37,730 nt of DNA, taken from assembly GCA_020052735.1 (NCBI GenBank), contig JAGVON010000067.1:1-37730 (forward strand), in the 5' to 3' direction. Source of the stretch: an archaeon (GTDB lineage: Archaea > Micrarchaeota > Micrarchaeia > Anstonellales > Bilamarchaeaceae). Positions 26,565 through 36,293 of this stretch are shown piece by piece (the stretch's first letter is position 1; every line of letters begins with the position of its first letter). A program made the position numbers and the translations under genes. The notes beneath the pieces are model-generated. The model had not been told where the DNA came from. It saw only the letters and a program-made list of their open reading frames with translations, and ran no database searches.

Positions 26565-29500
26565 TGAAGGGCATTTTCTTTGTCTTGGCTTTCGCTTTCG
26601 TGATGGGGGCGCTCGTGCTTCCGGGCTGCGTGGCGCCGCAGCCGTCGTTCAGCAACTGCTGCATGTATGCAAACGCGAGCGAGGACGGGCGCTGCATAAC
26701 CGCAGACCGCACGGAATACGAAATAGCCGGAGAAGGGTGCGACCTCCTCAACATGGCATGCAACGTCACTCTCGGGGAGGGGGATGAGGCGCACGACGAG
26801 CTCCTGCCCATCTGCCCGAAGTCCGAGCTGCTGAAGTGCAACAGCAGCTGCGTAGGGATGTTCTGCGGCTCCTTTGAGTTTGACCCCAGGCCGCCGATAT
26901 CGCTTGACGCGGAGGACATGAACGATTCCCGCGACACCGGGGATGCGGACACGGGCCAGTTCGGGGGGACTGACAGGGGCGGGGCGAAGGGATTGTACAA
27001 CGGGGAATGCAAGTTCCTGAACATGAGCCCGGCCACCCTGCGCGCCACCGCCAACACGAACGGGGGCTTCGCGCTCAACAGCTTCAGGTTCGGCGTCGGA
27101 GATTCGTTCGCGGATTTTGACGAGGCGAGCATGTACTACCCGCTGACGGACTTCGCATGCAAGATAAACCTGCTCGGCACCACGGACAGGTATGCGAACT
27201 ACGCGATACCGAACGTGCTCGTATCCGGGAAGATATGCAGCCCTCCGAGCCCGGGGGACAACAAGTGGATGTGCATACCCTCCACTTCTCCTGGAGAGGA
27301 GCCCATCTGGGCATATTCCTATTTTGACTGCGCGACGAAGTGCCTGCTCCAGTGGCAGGGCGATTATGCGGGGATAGACCCGGACAGCGCTTACCTCACG
27401 GAGAGGAACGGGCAGGCGCTGGGGAACCCGTTTGCCTACGGGGCAGCCGCGGCATCGCCCTGGGGGCCGCTGATAAACGACAAGGACTACAAGAGCGCCG
27501 TGGTGGAAAGCTCGTTCTACGACGGATATCCGCTCGGCTATAATTATTATGGCGCGGATTTTGAGAGGGACGACCGCCAGCTGGGCCCGGACAGGGGAGG
27601 GATAGATGGGCTGCTCGCGGAGCAGGGAAGCGGGGAATTTATTGTGCAGGGCGATGTGATGGACTATTATGCGGGCGCGGAGGCGGATTTGCCTGTCATG
27701 GAGTGGGACAGCCTGCTTGAGAATTTCGTTACCGTGGAGAGGGAGCCGCACAGGATGTACAACTTCCTGCTCACTTACCATTCAGTCTATTCAAGGCAAT
27801 TCCAGGACGGGCACTACCTGGCGGACGGCTCCTGGGCGAATGGGGCGGAGTTTGAGTGCACGCTTGAGAACAACGGCTGCCTCTCGGGCTACTGCAACAT
27901 ATTTGACTACTCGCGCGGTGTTTGCCAGAACATGGACGACCTGGCGAAGGATGCTAACTGCGACTGCATGTATGATTTCAACGAGGGGGGCGTAGTGTGC
28001 ACCGGAAAGAAATTGCTGAATTCCGCTTCCTGGGACAGGTACGGGGATGCCACCTCCAACATAGAAGTGGCGACCACCCTTGCGGCGCCGATAGACCGGA
28101 TAGGGGACTCGCCCTTCACGCACACCTCCATGCCTTCCAAGGGGAGGATTGTGAAATTCAACCTGGACAACCCGGACTACATAAGCGGCATAGCCGAGGC
28201 GGACCGGAACGACATAGAGAGGCCCTTCCTCGTAATATTCCTTGGCGGCGAGGACACCGTGCCGCAATATACGGTCCGCACAGGGGAAGGGGGCACATCA
28301 TACGGGGACATGGCGGGTGAGGACGTGAGGTGGGACACCCTCACGATACCGCAGGTGCTCTCAAGGGAGAAGTGGGACGGGTGCGGCGGCGACTGCGGGA
28401 AATTCTACACCACGTTCGTGGACCAGTGCGTGCCCACTTATGAGGAAAACCCGGGGTTCTATGCGGACAGCTTCAGCGTGTGCTATGCCGGGGATAACCC
28501 GAGGACCGGATGGCGCGGCATGTACCTGGACACGGACGGGACAATCAAGGACGAAAATTGGAACTGCCAGGGGCTTGAGCTCTTCAACAGGCAACACGTG
28601 GACGGGAAGGGTGACGGCAGGTCGTGGCAGGTGTATTGCTACGCGCGGGACGAGGACGGGAACTGCGAGGCGTATTCTGTTTCCGCGCTCGTGATAAGGG
28701 GAAAGGACGTCATTTACACGGACGCGGATGGGAACGAGGCGGAGGGGCAGGCGTTCGGGAAGTGCCTGCTGGACGGGAATGGGAACCTCCTCACAAAGAC
28801 GTATGGCTACTGCGAACAGTGCGGCTACCTGACCATGGCGAAGGACAGCGTGGTCGCCCTGCCCGAGGAAAAGGACGACCCGGGATACGAGGCGCTGCGC
28901 GGAAGCGGCGGGAGCGCGCAGCGGAAGGACAATAAGTATTGCCCCTCGCTCATGATAAGCACCATTTATTCGCCTGCCGCCTCTTCGTCCATAGAAAGCG
29001 CGCCCCCTCCGCTCGTGGAATGGGAAGGGGAGGGCGTGCATCCTTCAAGCGATGATGAGGATGATTCGTACTACAGGAGCCAGTGCACGATGCCGGACGG
29101 TAGCGAAGTCGGGATGGAAGAGGCATGGCCGGACTACCTTCCGAATGCGTATTACCTGAAGTCAAAGCTGCAGGATTACCTTCAAAGGAACATAATGCCC
29201 GTGCTGTTTGCGGACGACGATGGGCTGTATCGGGCGAGGACTTCGGACAGCGAGCCGTACAAGGACAAGCCCGTGCTGCAAATCGGATTCACAGACCATT
29301 ATGAGGAGATACAGGCGGCCACGACCACTCATCCGCTGCTTGCCGAGATGTGGAGCCGAAATCCGTCCACTTCATATTTTGACAAATACGCGCAGGCAGG
29401 GGACCAGCCGTATGCGTACAGCACGCAGGGAACATATCTTGCGGATTCGGTGATGGACCTGGGCGCCGGGATAATAGTTGTGAAGAACCTGAGCGCCGAT

Positions 29501-30799
29501 TTTGTGGAGGGCTCTGGCATCACTACCGGGCTGGGGTGGAGGTCCGGTTCGGTGAGGGCAATGTGCCCCAATTGCATGGTCGCGGTGGCGGCAGGCTACG
29601 ACGAGGGGAAGGGCTCGCATGAGGAGAAGATGCGGCTGGTTTCACGGCTCTTCGGGTACGGCATGAGATATGGGTCAGGGGAGCCGCTCTGGGAGGACTA
29701 CTCATACAACATGTCCTGCGCAAACGGGGAGGTCCCGTGCCTGTATGAGCGCCTGGATTATGCGGACGTGATTGCGGTGGACTGGACGCTGGGGGGGAGG
29801 AACTCCCACTGCGACATTGAAGGCCAGGACGAAAGGTTCGCCGCGATACTGGCGGACGAGATGGAGTTCGGCTCAAAGATGCTCAGCAGGTTCGGGAAGC
29901 CGCTTGTGGTTACGGACCTCACCATAATACGGCGCGAGGGTGCGATTTATGACGAGGGGGTTAGGGACTGCTGGGACGAGGAGAGCGCGGCGAGGTTCGT
30001 TGGATACCTCGGCCAGCATACGGAAGACCTGATAAGGAGCGGCCATATCGGCATCATTTATGGGGATTGGAGCTATGGGCATTCAAGTGGCACCTCCGGC
30101 CCCACATACATAAGGACGCAGGAGAGCATAGCCGGAGGGAGCGTGGGCGGATACAGGGGCCCGCTCTACGAAGGCACCCTGTTCGCCGCAAGGGACTTCT
30201 CGGGATACGGCAGGATGATTTCATTGATAGAGGTGCCTGTGAAGGAGAGCTGCGCCTGCGTGCCATGCACATCCACGGACCCGGCGGAGATATGCAACGG
30301 CCAGTACGCGGGGAGCGGGGCGCTGTGCGAATGGGAGGGCGCGCGCGTGATGGTCAAGTGGCCAGACGACTGCATAACCGGGGATGCGTGCATGCCCGAG
30401 GGCGAGATTGCGGGATACTTCATGGACTGCACGATAGTGGCGGGCGGGCAGGAAACCTCGTTCAGCGCGGATGGTGCCGATGTCGCGGCTAACCCCGAGC
30501 TTTACAAACAGATGATAGCGTCCATAAGCAACACGGTGGAAAGGCCGTGCTTCATGGGAAAGACATACGGAAAAACAGAGATAACGCGGTTCCTCTCCCA
30601 CCCCGTGCTGTTCAGGACGGACGGGAACCTGAGCTATACATGCAACCCGCTTTCCGCGGCAGAGGGGGCGCTTTGCGGCCCCACGCCCAGCCTGGACCTA
30701 GGGCAGATGGACTGCACGCTGAGGCCGAAGATGGGCGGCATTGTTCCCGGGGGCGGCATTCCGTTCCCTGACCTGCCCAGCGGGCCGATAGGAGGATAA
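26564..30799 (+). CDS. Large (1411 aa) acidic Cys-rich putative lipoprotein with a C-terminal glycoside-hydrolase-like TIM-barrel region
   Basis: TGATG overlap start. MKGIFF...VLPGC lipobox-like signal. Many Cys pairs. Late motifs YADVIAVDW, FGKPLVVTD and GHIGIIYGDW. Confidence 0.75.
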   Translation: MKGIFFVLAFAFVMGALVLPGCVAPQPSFSNCCMYANASEDGRCITADRTEYEIAGEGCDLLNMACNVTLGEGDEAHDELLPICPKSELLKCNSSCVGMFCGSFEFDPRPPISLDAEDMNDSRDTGDADTGQFGGTDRGGAKGLYNGECKFLNMSPATLRATANTNGGFALNSFRFGVGDSFADFDEASMYYPLTDFACKINLLGTTDRYANYAIPNVLVSGKICSPPSPGDNKWMCIPSTSPGEEPIWAYSYFDCATKCLLQWQGDYAGIDPDSAYLTERNGQALGNPFAYGAAAASPWGPLINDKDYKSAVVESSFYDGYPLGYNYYGADFERDDRQLGPDRGGIDGLLAEQGSGEFIVQGDVMDYYAGAEADLPVMEWDSLLENFVTVEREPHRMYNFLLTYHSVYSRQFQDGHYLADGSWANGAEFECTLENNGCLSGYCNIFDYSRGVCQNMDDLAKDANCDCMYDFNEGGVVCTGKKLLNSASWDRYGDATSNIEVATTLAAPIDRIGDSPFTHTSMPSKGRIVKFNLDNPDYISGIAEADRNDIERPFLVIFLGGEDTVPQYTVRTGEGGTSYGDMAGEDVRWDTLTIPQVLSREKWDGCGGDCGKFYTTFVDQCVPTYEENPGFYADSFSVCYAGDNPRTGWRGMYLDTDGTIKDENWNCQGLELFNRQHVDGKGDGRSWQVYCYARDEDGNCEAYSVSALVIRGKDVIYTDADGNEAEGQAFGKCLLDGNGNLLTKTYGYCEQCGYLTMAKDSVVALPEEKDDPGYEALRGSGGSAQRKDNKYCPSLMISTIYSPAASSSIESAPPPLVEWEGEGVHPSSDDEDDSYYRSQCTMPDGSEVGMEEAWPDYLPNAYYLKSKLQDYLQRNIMPVLFADDDGLYRARTSDSEPYKDKPVLQIGFTDHYEEIQAATTTHPLLAEMWSRNPSTSYFDKYAQAGDQPYAYSTQGTYLADSVMDLGAGIIVVKNLSADFVEGSGITTGLGWRSGSVRAMCPNCMVAVAAGYDEGKGSHEEKMRLVSRLFGYGMRYGSGEPLWEDYSYNMSCANGEVPCLYERLDYADVIAVDWTLGGRNSHCDIEGQDERFAAILADEMEFGSKMLSRFGKPLVVTDLTIIRREGAIYDEGVRDCWDEESAARFVGYLGQHTEDLIRSGHIGIIYGDWSYGHSSGTSGPTYIRTQESIAGGSVGGYRGPLYEGTLFAARDFSGYGRMISLIEVPVKESCACVPCTSTDPAEICNGQYAGSGALCEWEGARVMVKWPDDCITGDACMPEGEIAGYFMDCTIVAGGQETSFSADGADVAANPELYKQMIASISNTVERPCFMGKTYGKTEITRFLSHPVLFRTDGNLSYTCNPLSAAEGALCGPTPSLDLGQMDCTLRPKMGGIVPGGGIPFPDLPSGPIGG

Positions 30800-30831
30800 A
30801 ATTTAAAGGTGAGCATATCCATAACGAATAC

Positions 30832-33800
30832 ATGAGGAAGGGTTTGCCAGCCGTGGTTATTCTGGTTGCGGCAATCCTTTCCATGGTTCCGGGCATCGTT
30901 TGGGGGGAATATGGAGGAGGCCCTGCGCCCGGCATCTCAAATCCGCTCATCCGCGTGGACATAACGGGGGTGCATGTGATAAGCCCGCAGGAGGTCTGCC
31001 CTTCGTGCAGCATATTCACTACGCAGCCTTTTATGGCGCCGTCCATAAACGAGGAAGAGGAAACCGTCTCCGTGAGCATGGGGGTCATAGATGCGGGCGG
31101 CCTGAGCCCGGTGGAGGGCGCCACGATTTTCGCATATGTGCAGAGGCAGGATGGGAGCAATGCGCAGGCACCCTGCAGGGTATACACCAATGAGAACGGG
31201 AGCGCAAAAATCAGCTACAACCCGGAGGAATGCCGGGATGGGTGCACGACGAAGTTCTTCTTCTGCTGCGCAGACCCGGTCGCGCTGGCATGCGTGCTGG
31301 AGCCGTGCCTCGGCCAGCCGGTTGCCGCATACACGGACATACCCGCATGCGCCGGATACGGTGGGGAATGGCCATCCCCTGCAACCATAGATGGGGAGGA
31401 GGTACAGCTATATCCCACGCTTGAGACTGCATTCATCCCGCCCCAGACGGTGCTGCCGGAATTTGACTACACGTTCACCTTATGCTTCCCGCTGCTGGTG
31501 ATATTCGGGTTCCTGGGGGCTGCGATGTACGCTTCGGGGAGGGACCCGTTCGCGATGTTTTCATTCTATACCCCCAGGTTCACGAGGGGGGCCGAGAGGC
31601 CGATACAGGGAAGGGGATACACCATACCCGGCTCCTCAATAATAAACGTCGCGATGAAGGCGACCGACCTTGCGACCGGTAAGACAACCGCGAAGGAGAT
31701 GTTCACCAGTTCCATGGAGCAGAGCTCCATGATAGCGAAAACAAAGGGCGCCACGGGCGAGCTTGGCTCAGGCACGGGCAGCAGGGCTGCGGCTGGCAGG
31801 GCAGGCGCTGCGGCAGAAGAAACCAGCAGGACCTCCGCAGACCGCATGGCGGCGGGAGGAGGTTCCGGTGCGGTGCTGGGCATGAGCCTCGGGGTGTCAG
31901 AACAGATGATGCGCCCCGGCGCGGCTGGGGTCGGGGTGGGGACCGCGCTTCTTGCGCTGCTGGGGATAATGCTTAGGTTCTCAAACGCTCCCTGGCTTAC
32001 GGGCGGGCTGGCCCAGAAATTGATCGGCATTGCTGAAGCGTGGCAGGCGGAACGCGTCGCGAGCTATGCGCAGACTTATGCGGCGCCAATATCCTCAACC
32101 GTTCAGACGCAGTTTGACTCCGAGGGATATGTGGCAAAACTCACTTACAGGGACCCGCAAAGCGGCCAAACGATTGTTGTGGAGGGGCGGGAGGCATGCG
32201 CAGCGTTCATAGATTCCGTTACGACGGGCCTGTATTTATCCTCCCAGGCAGGAAGCAATGCTGCAACCGAACTCATGAGCAACTTCAACGAAAGGATTGC
32301 AAACCTCCAGCACCCCACAGCAGGGGCGAGGGAGCTGCTCAGGGTGGAAGTGGTCAGGGCTGAGGGGCCTGCCGAGGTCCTGGATGCACTGGGAACCCTG
32401 GCTGACCTGAACTCCTCGGCTGCAAAGAGGCGCGAGGCGCTGGAGATTGTCGCCGGCTCCGACCAGGTTTCGGAAGATGTGAAGATAGCCGCCTTCGTTG
32501 CAGCCACGGAAGGCATGACGTACCACCAGTTTGCGCAGTTCGTTGGCGCGGAAGGAACGGCCGCGAACAGGATATTTTTGGAGCTCGTCTCCAACTCCGC
32601 GGCGCTCAATGAGAGGCTGGACGGGAAGATTGACGGGAACATGCTTGGGGCGCTTGGGGCCGCCGCGGAGCGGCTTGAGCAGCTTAACGGAAGCAGGAGG
32701 GAGGGGCAGGCGGACAGCCTGGGCTTGGGCACGAGTGTCGTTGCAATAAGAAGCGGCATTGGTGAATGCCACGGGGATGCGGATACGTTCGTATTCAGGC
32801 AGGGCACCGAGGAGGCCGCCGCGAAGATGGCTGCTATGGGATTGTCCGGTGCTGCGCTGGACACGCGCATAAGTTTTGATGAAATAGGGGGGCAGCGGGT
32901 TGTTCTCGGCCACATACAGGATGACGAAGTGCGCGCGGAGATTGAAGCAGCCACGGACAGCGAGGGAAATATAGACATATCAAAGCTAAGCGGAAAGGCG
33001 AGAAGCGAGTTGGGAGACGTGATTAACTACCAGCTCAGGGAGGCGGTGGTCAGCGAGTACAATACAGCATATTCCGTGCAGCAGGAGGCGGATTTCAAGA
33101 ACGGGGATTCGGACGAAGCGAAGGCGGTGAGGGCCTTCCAGGATGCGCTGGGGAACTACGAGGCGGCTTCGCAAAGCTCCTATTCCCTTATTGACAGGTA
33201 CGTGACCGGGCCTGCTATGGCTGAGGTTGGCGGGTTGCTGGATAGCAATCCGAATCCTGTGGATAGCCAAGGAAGGTTGACAACGATGGTGCTGCCCGAG
33301 CACCTTGCAGCGGATGACGTGAAGAGGATAATGCAGGACCATGGCGTGGACCCGGAGCTGGCCAGCATAGTCGCAGGCATCAGCGGGGCGGAGGCGCAGG
33401 CGAATTTTGCAACCGGGCTTCGCGAGGGGCTGGGGTCGCTGACGATGGGGCCCGCGGAGTTTCACGGGCAGAATGCAGACAAAGCATATGGCGACATTGG
33501 CGAAGTGGACCGCCAATTGGCAGAATTCAATGCCGCTGTGCAGACGCTCCAAAACCCGGATGCAACTGCAGAAGCGAAAGAGCAGGCGAGGGGCATCGTG
33601 GCTGCGGGCGCATTGATTGTGGCGGACCACGTGCCGGATGATATGGGCAATCTAATCCCGGTAACACTGTGGGAGCATGTGCAGGGGGAGGCAAGCCGCA
33701 TCATGGGCGACCAGAATGCGAGCCAGGCGGACAAGCAGTGGGCGCAGGAGGTCAGCGGCATAAACCCGGAAACGGCGCTGAGTGACGAAAGGCAGGTGGC

Positions 33801-34908
33801 GGTGCTTTGGCAGGAGTACAACACGCATATGGGGGAGCAAAAGGACGCGCTGAATGCAGAGATGGAATCCAGCAGGAATATGGAAACCATATTTGCGCTT
33901 GGGCCGCCCCTTGACCATCCCCCTTCCAATGAACAGGAAAGGATTGTGGCGCAGGAGAGGGAAAGCGCGCTGCGGGCTGCGGTAGAGCAATACGCAACCT
34001 CGGCGTATTCACAAGCCGAAGCAGGTGTAACGCCAGATATTGGGCAAATAATATTAGGCACCATGTACGGAAACCCGAATGAACGGGAGATGCTGGACGA
34101 GGCGAGGTCAGGCCTGCCCCCTGCTGTTCAGGGACAGCTTGACGTGTTCCTTTCGGATACAGCGTCAGATGAGGAGAAATCATCCGCCTTGACTGTGCTC
34201 GTGCCTGCCTTGGATACTTATTACAGGTATGCCGAAAATCCTGCTGACGACCGGCTAACCGCAGCGGACCGCGGAGATGCCCAGTGGGCGGTGCATACGC
34301 TCCAAAATTCGGAGGACCTTGCGGCAAGGGCGCAGGCAGCGGATGTCCTAAAAGGGCTTAGGGGCGTCTCGGCAGAGGCGCAGCCGGGGATAGATGCGCT
34401 GGTTGCCACGGCGAACGTGCCGCCCTCGCAATTTAGCGAGGAGCAAAAGGCAAGCCTTGGCACAGCAGCACCAGTTGTCCAGGAAAGGCTGGATATATAC
34501 TTTGATACTGTGGGGCTTGACAGGGCAGTTTCGGATCCGGATGGGACCCGGCTCGGGCTGGCAAACGACTATGCCGCAGGCCGCCAGACGGAACTGGAAC
34601 AACTCAGGCAATATGCACTTGATGGCGGCAGTGCTGTGGGCAGGGCCCAGTACGAGAACGCACAAATACAGATTTCCCTCCTTGGGAATGAGGCGATAGA
34701 AAAGTTCTATGCGGATATGAACAGGAACAGGGAAATCGCGGAACAAGCTGCAAAGAGCATATCGGAACACAGGCCCGAGGGCGGAACCGGGGAAGGCGCA
34801 GGCGGCGCCGGAGGGCAGGGAGGCGGCACGGCATACAGCTCGGCCGCAAGAAGGACTTCCGAATCCAGGAGCCAGGGGCAAGTGCCGGATGAGGAGATAC
34901 CTAGGTAG
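30832..34908 (+). CDS. Large (1358 aa) membrane-anchored protein: Cys-rich exported N-domain, TM, long Ala/Glu-rich helical region
   Basis: Signal peptide; TM LCFPLLVIFGFLGAAMYA followed by GRDPFAMFSFYTPR; a second hydrophobic stretch; a nearly Cys-free helical remainder. TTTAAA box ~25-30 nt upstream. Confidence 0.8.
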   Translation: MRKGLPAVVILVAAILSMVPGIVWGEYGGGPAPGISNPLIRVDITGVHVISPQEVCPSCSIFTTQPFMAPSINEEEETVSVSMGVIDAGGLSPVEGATIFAYVQRQDGSNAQAPCRVYTNENGSAKISYNPEECRDGCTTKFFFCCADPVALACVLEPCLGQPVAAYTDIPACAGYGGEWPSPATIDGEEVQLYPTLETAFIPPQTVLPEFDYTFTLCFPLLVIFGFLGAAMYASGRDPFAMFSFYTPRFTRGAERPIQGRGYTIPGSSIINVAMKATDLATGKTTAKEMFTSSMEQSSMIAKTKGATGELGSGTGSRAAAGRAGAAAEETSRTSADRMAAGGGSGAVLGMSLGVSEQMMRPGAAGVGVGTALLALLGIMLRFSNAPWLTGGLAQKLIGIAEAWQAERVASYAQTYAAPISSTVQTQFDSEGYVAKLTYRDPQSGQTIVVEGREACAAFIDSVTTGLYLSSQAGSNAATELMSNFNERIANLQHPTAGARELLRVEVVRAEGPAEVLDALGTLADLNSSAAKRREALEIVAGSDQVSEDVKIAAFVAATEGMTYHQFAQFVGAEGTAANRIFLELVSNSAALNERLDGKIDGNMLGALGAAAERLEQLNGSRREGQADSLGLGTSVVAIRSGIGECHGDADTFVFRQGTEEAAAKMAAMGLSGAALDTRISFDEIGGQRVVLGHIQDDEVRAEIEAATDSEGNIDISKLSGKARSELGDVINYQLREAVVSEYNTAYSVQQEADFKNGDSDEAKAVRAFQDALGNYEAASQSSYSLIDRYVTGPAMAEVGGLLDSNPNPVDSQGRLTTMVLPEHLAADDVKRIMQDHGVDPELASIVAGISGAEAQANFATGLREGLGSLTMGPAEFHGQNADKAYGDIGEVDRQLAEFNAAVQTLQNPDATAEAKEQARGIVAAGALIVADHVPDDMGNLIPVTLWEHVQGEASRIMGDQNASQADKQWAQEVSGINPETALSDERQVAVLWQEYNTHMGEQKDALNAEMESSRNMETIFALGPPLDHPPSNEQERIVAQERESALRAAVEQYATSAYSQAEAGVTPDIGQIILGTMYGNPNEREMLDEARSGLPPAVQGQLDVFLSDTASDEEKSSALTVLVPALDTYYRYAENPADDRLTAADRGDAQWAVHTLQNSEDLAARAQAADVLKGLRGVSAEAQPGIDALVATANVPPSQFSEEQKASLGTAAPVVQERLDIYFDTVGLDRAVSDPDGTRLGLANDYAAGRQTELEQLRQYALDGGSAVGRAQYENAQIQISLLGNEAIEKFYADMNRNREIAEQAAKSISEHRPEGGTGEGAGGAGGQGGGTAYSSAARRTSESRSQGQVPDEEIPR

Positions 34909-34916
34909 GTCTGTAC

Positions 34917-35225
34917 ATGCAGGAAACACGCCCGCTCAGGAGGTTGCGCAGGCACCTTTCAATAGAGAATTTGTGGCTCTATATCTTATCATTAATCAAG
35001 AGAGAGGAATGCTATGCATACACCCTCCCTGAGCAAATAGAGAAGGAGTATGGGTTCAAGCCCAGCCGCGTGATGGTGTATATCGTATTGCACATGCTGG
35101 AGGGCGAGGGGCTCATAAGGGGCGAGCAGAAGGAGAGGCGGAAGTATTATACGCTCACGGAAAAGGGGGACGAGACGCTCAAGGAAGCAAAAAAGGAGAT
35201 GAAAAGGCTCTCCGAAAAGTTATGA
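34917..35225 (+). CDS. PadR-family winged-helix transcriptional regulator
   Basis: LYILSLI...YAYTL...VYIVLHMLEGEGLI...RKYYTLTEKG. Confidence 0.88.
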   Translation: MQETRPLRRLRRHLSIENLWLYILSLIKREECYAYTLPEQIEKEYGFKPSRVMVYIVLHMLEGEGLIRGEQKERRKYYTLTEKGDETLKEAKKEMKRLSEKL

Positions 35226-36251
35226 AATCCTGAAGCGGAGGAGGGCTGCAATCCCGCCGAACCCTTTAAGCTTGTGCGCGGATTCGCCTTTTGCGGAATA
35301 GAAGATTATGTCCGCCCTCTTTGATTCCGCATTCTCGGTTATCTTCTCTATTTCCTTGTCCTTGCGGAGTGCGTCGTCCAGGACGAGGAGCGTATCCACG
35401 GCGGACGCATCCACCGCCTGCGCCACTTCCTTCTTCCCGTAGGCGGCGAGGCCCGCATCCCTGTGCACGCGCACCATGAACTCCTCAAAGGATTTTTCCT
35501 CCTTCTCCATCTGCGCCTCTCCAGCTATTTTTTCTATTACTCCCTTCTTCATCAATTCCGCGATTCCGCTCCTCTCTGCGTATGAGCAGCTCTCAAATGT
35601 GATGCGGGAAAGGAGGGCGGGATATTTCTTATTGATGAAATCCTTCAGCCCGTCCTTTGCGAAGCCCGGGCCGGCGGCTATGAAGCGCTCGTCCGATTTT
35701 GAGATGTAGGCAGCCACTTCCCCATAATATTGCTTGAGCTTCTCCTCGTAATTGTCCTCCCTTTTGCTTCCCCCGAACCAGAAAGTGGGGCCGTAGTCCA
35801 GCCCGTATCCGCGGAGGATTGCGGTGAGCGCTTTTTCTTCGTCCATCACTATTATGCGAAGGGTGGGGCGGGAGGTTTCTTTTACGGCTTTTTCCAATCT
35901 TGAGATTTCAAAGTTCTTCCAATCTTTTATCACTTTTACGGTGTCCCCGGACTCCAAATCAAATGTGTGGTGCCTTCCCTTCTGCACGAATTCCTCCGGG
36001 TCCCCAGCGAGGATTATGCCGGAGATGCGTAGGCGGTTGGCGGCCTCGGCGAATTCCACATTTTCAACGCGGAGGGTGATGAAGACCGGCTTCTTTTCCT
36101 CCTTTCCCTCGCCGAATTTAACGCTTCTATACGTCCTTGCTTCCACCACGTCCCCTTCCTTGAGCACCCTTTCCAGGTGCCAGAGGTCCTCCAGCCGCTG
36201 GAGCATGAGCTTCAGCTCGCCGTTGCGGAGGTCGCGGTGGACTATTCGCAT
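35220..36251 (-). CDS. pelA: mRNA surveillance / ribosome rescue factor Pelota (aDom34)
   Basis: Motifs EDLWHLERVL, RLRISGII, GRHHTFDL, AGPGFAK, AVDTLLVLD and LKGFGGIAALLRF. Confidence 0.95.
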   Translation of the reverse strand: MRIVHRDLRNGELKLMLQRLEDLWHLERVLKEGDVVEARTYRSVKFGEGKEEKKPVFITLRVENVEFAEAANRLRISGIILAGDPEEFVQKGRHHTFDLESGDTVKVIKDWKNFEISRLEKAVKETSRPTLRIIVMDEEKALTAILRGYGLDYGPTFWFGGSKREDNYEEKLKQYYGEVAAYISKSDERFIAAGPGFAKDGLKDFINKKYPALLSRITFESCSYAERSGIAELMKKGVIEKIAGEAQMEKEEKSFEEFMVRVHRDAGLAAYGKKEVAQAVDASAVDTLLVLDDALRKDKEIEKITENAESKRADIIFYSAKGESAHKLKGFGGIAALLRFRIS

Positions 36252-36293
36252 ATTGAAGGATAGGAAGAATAGAAAATATAAATAGGATTCCGG

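Noticed and set aside
18888..34908. Membrane cluster as an integrated conjugative element or provirus
   Set aside because: No relaxase, VirB4/VirD4, integrase, capsid or terminase motifs are present, and composition and TCGA avoidance match the host genes.
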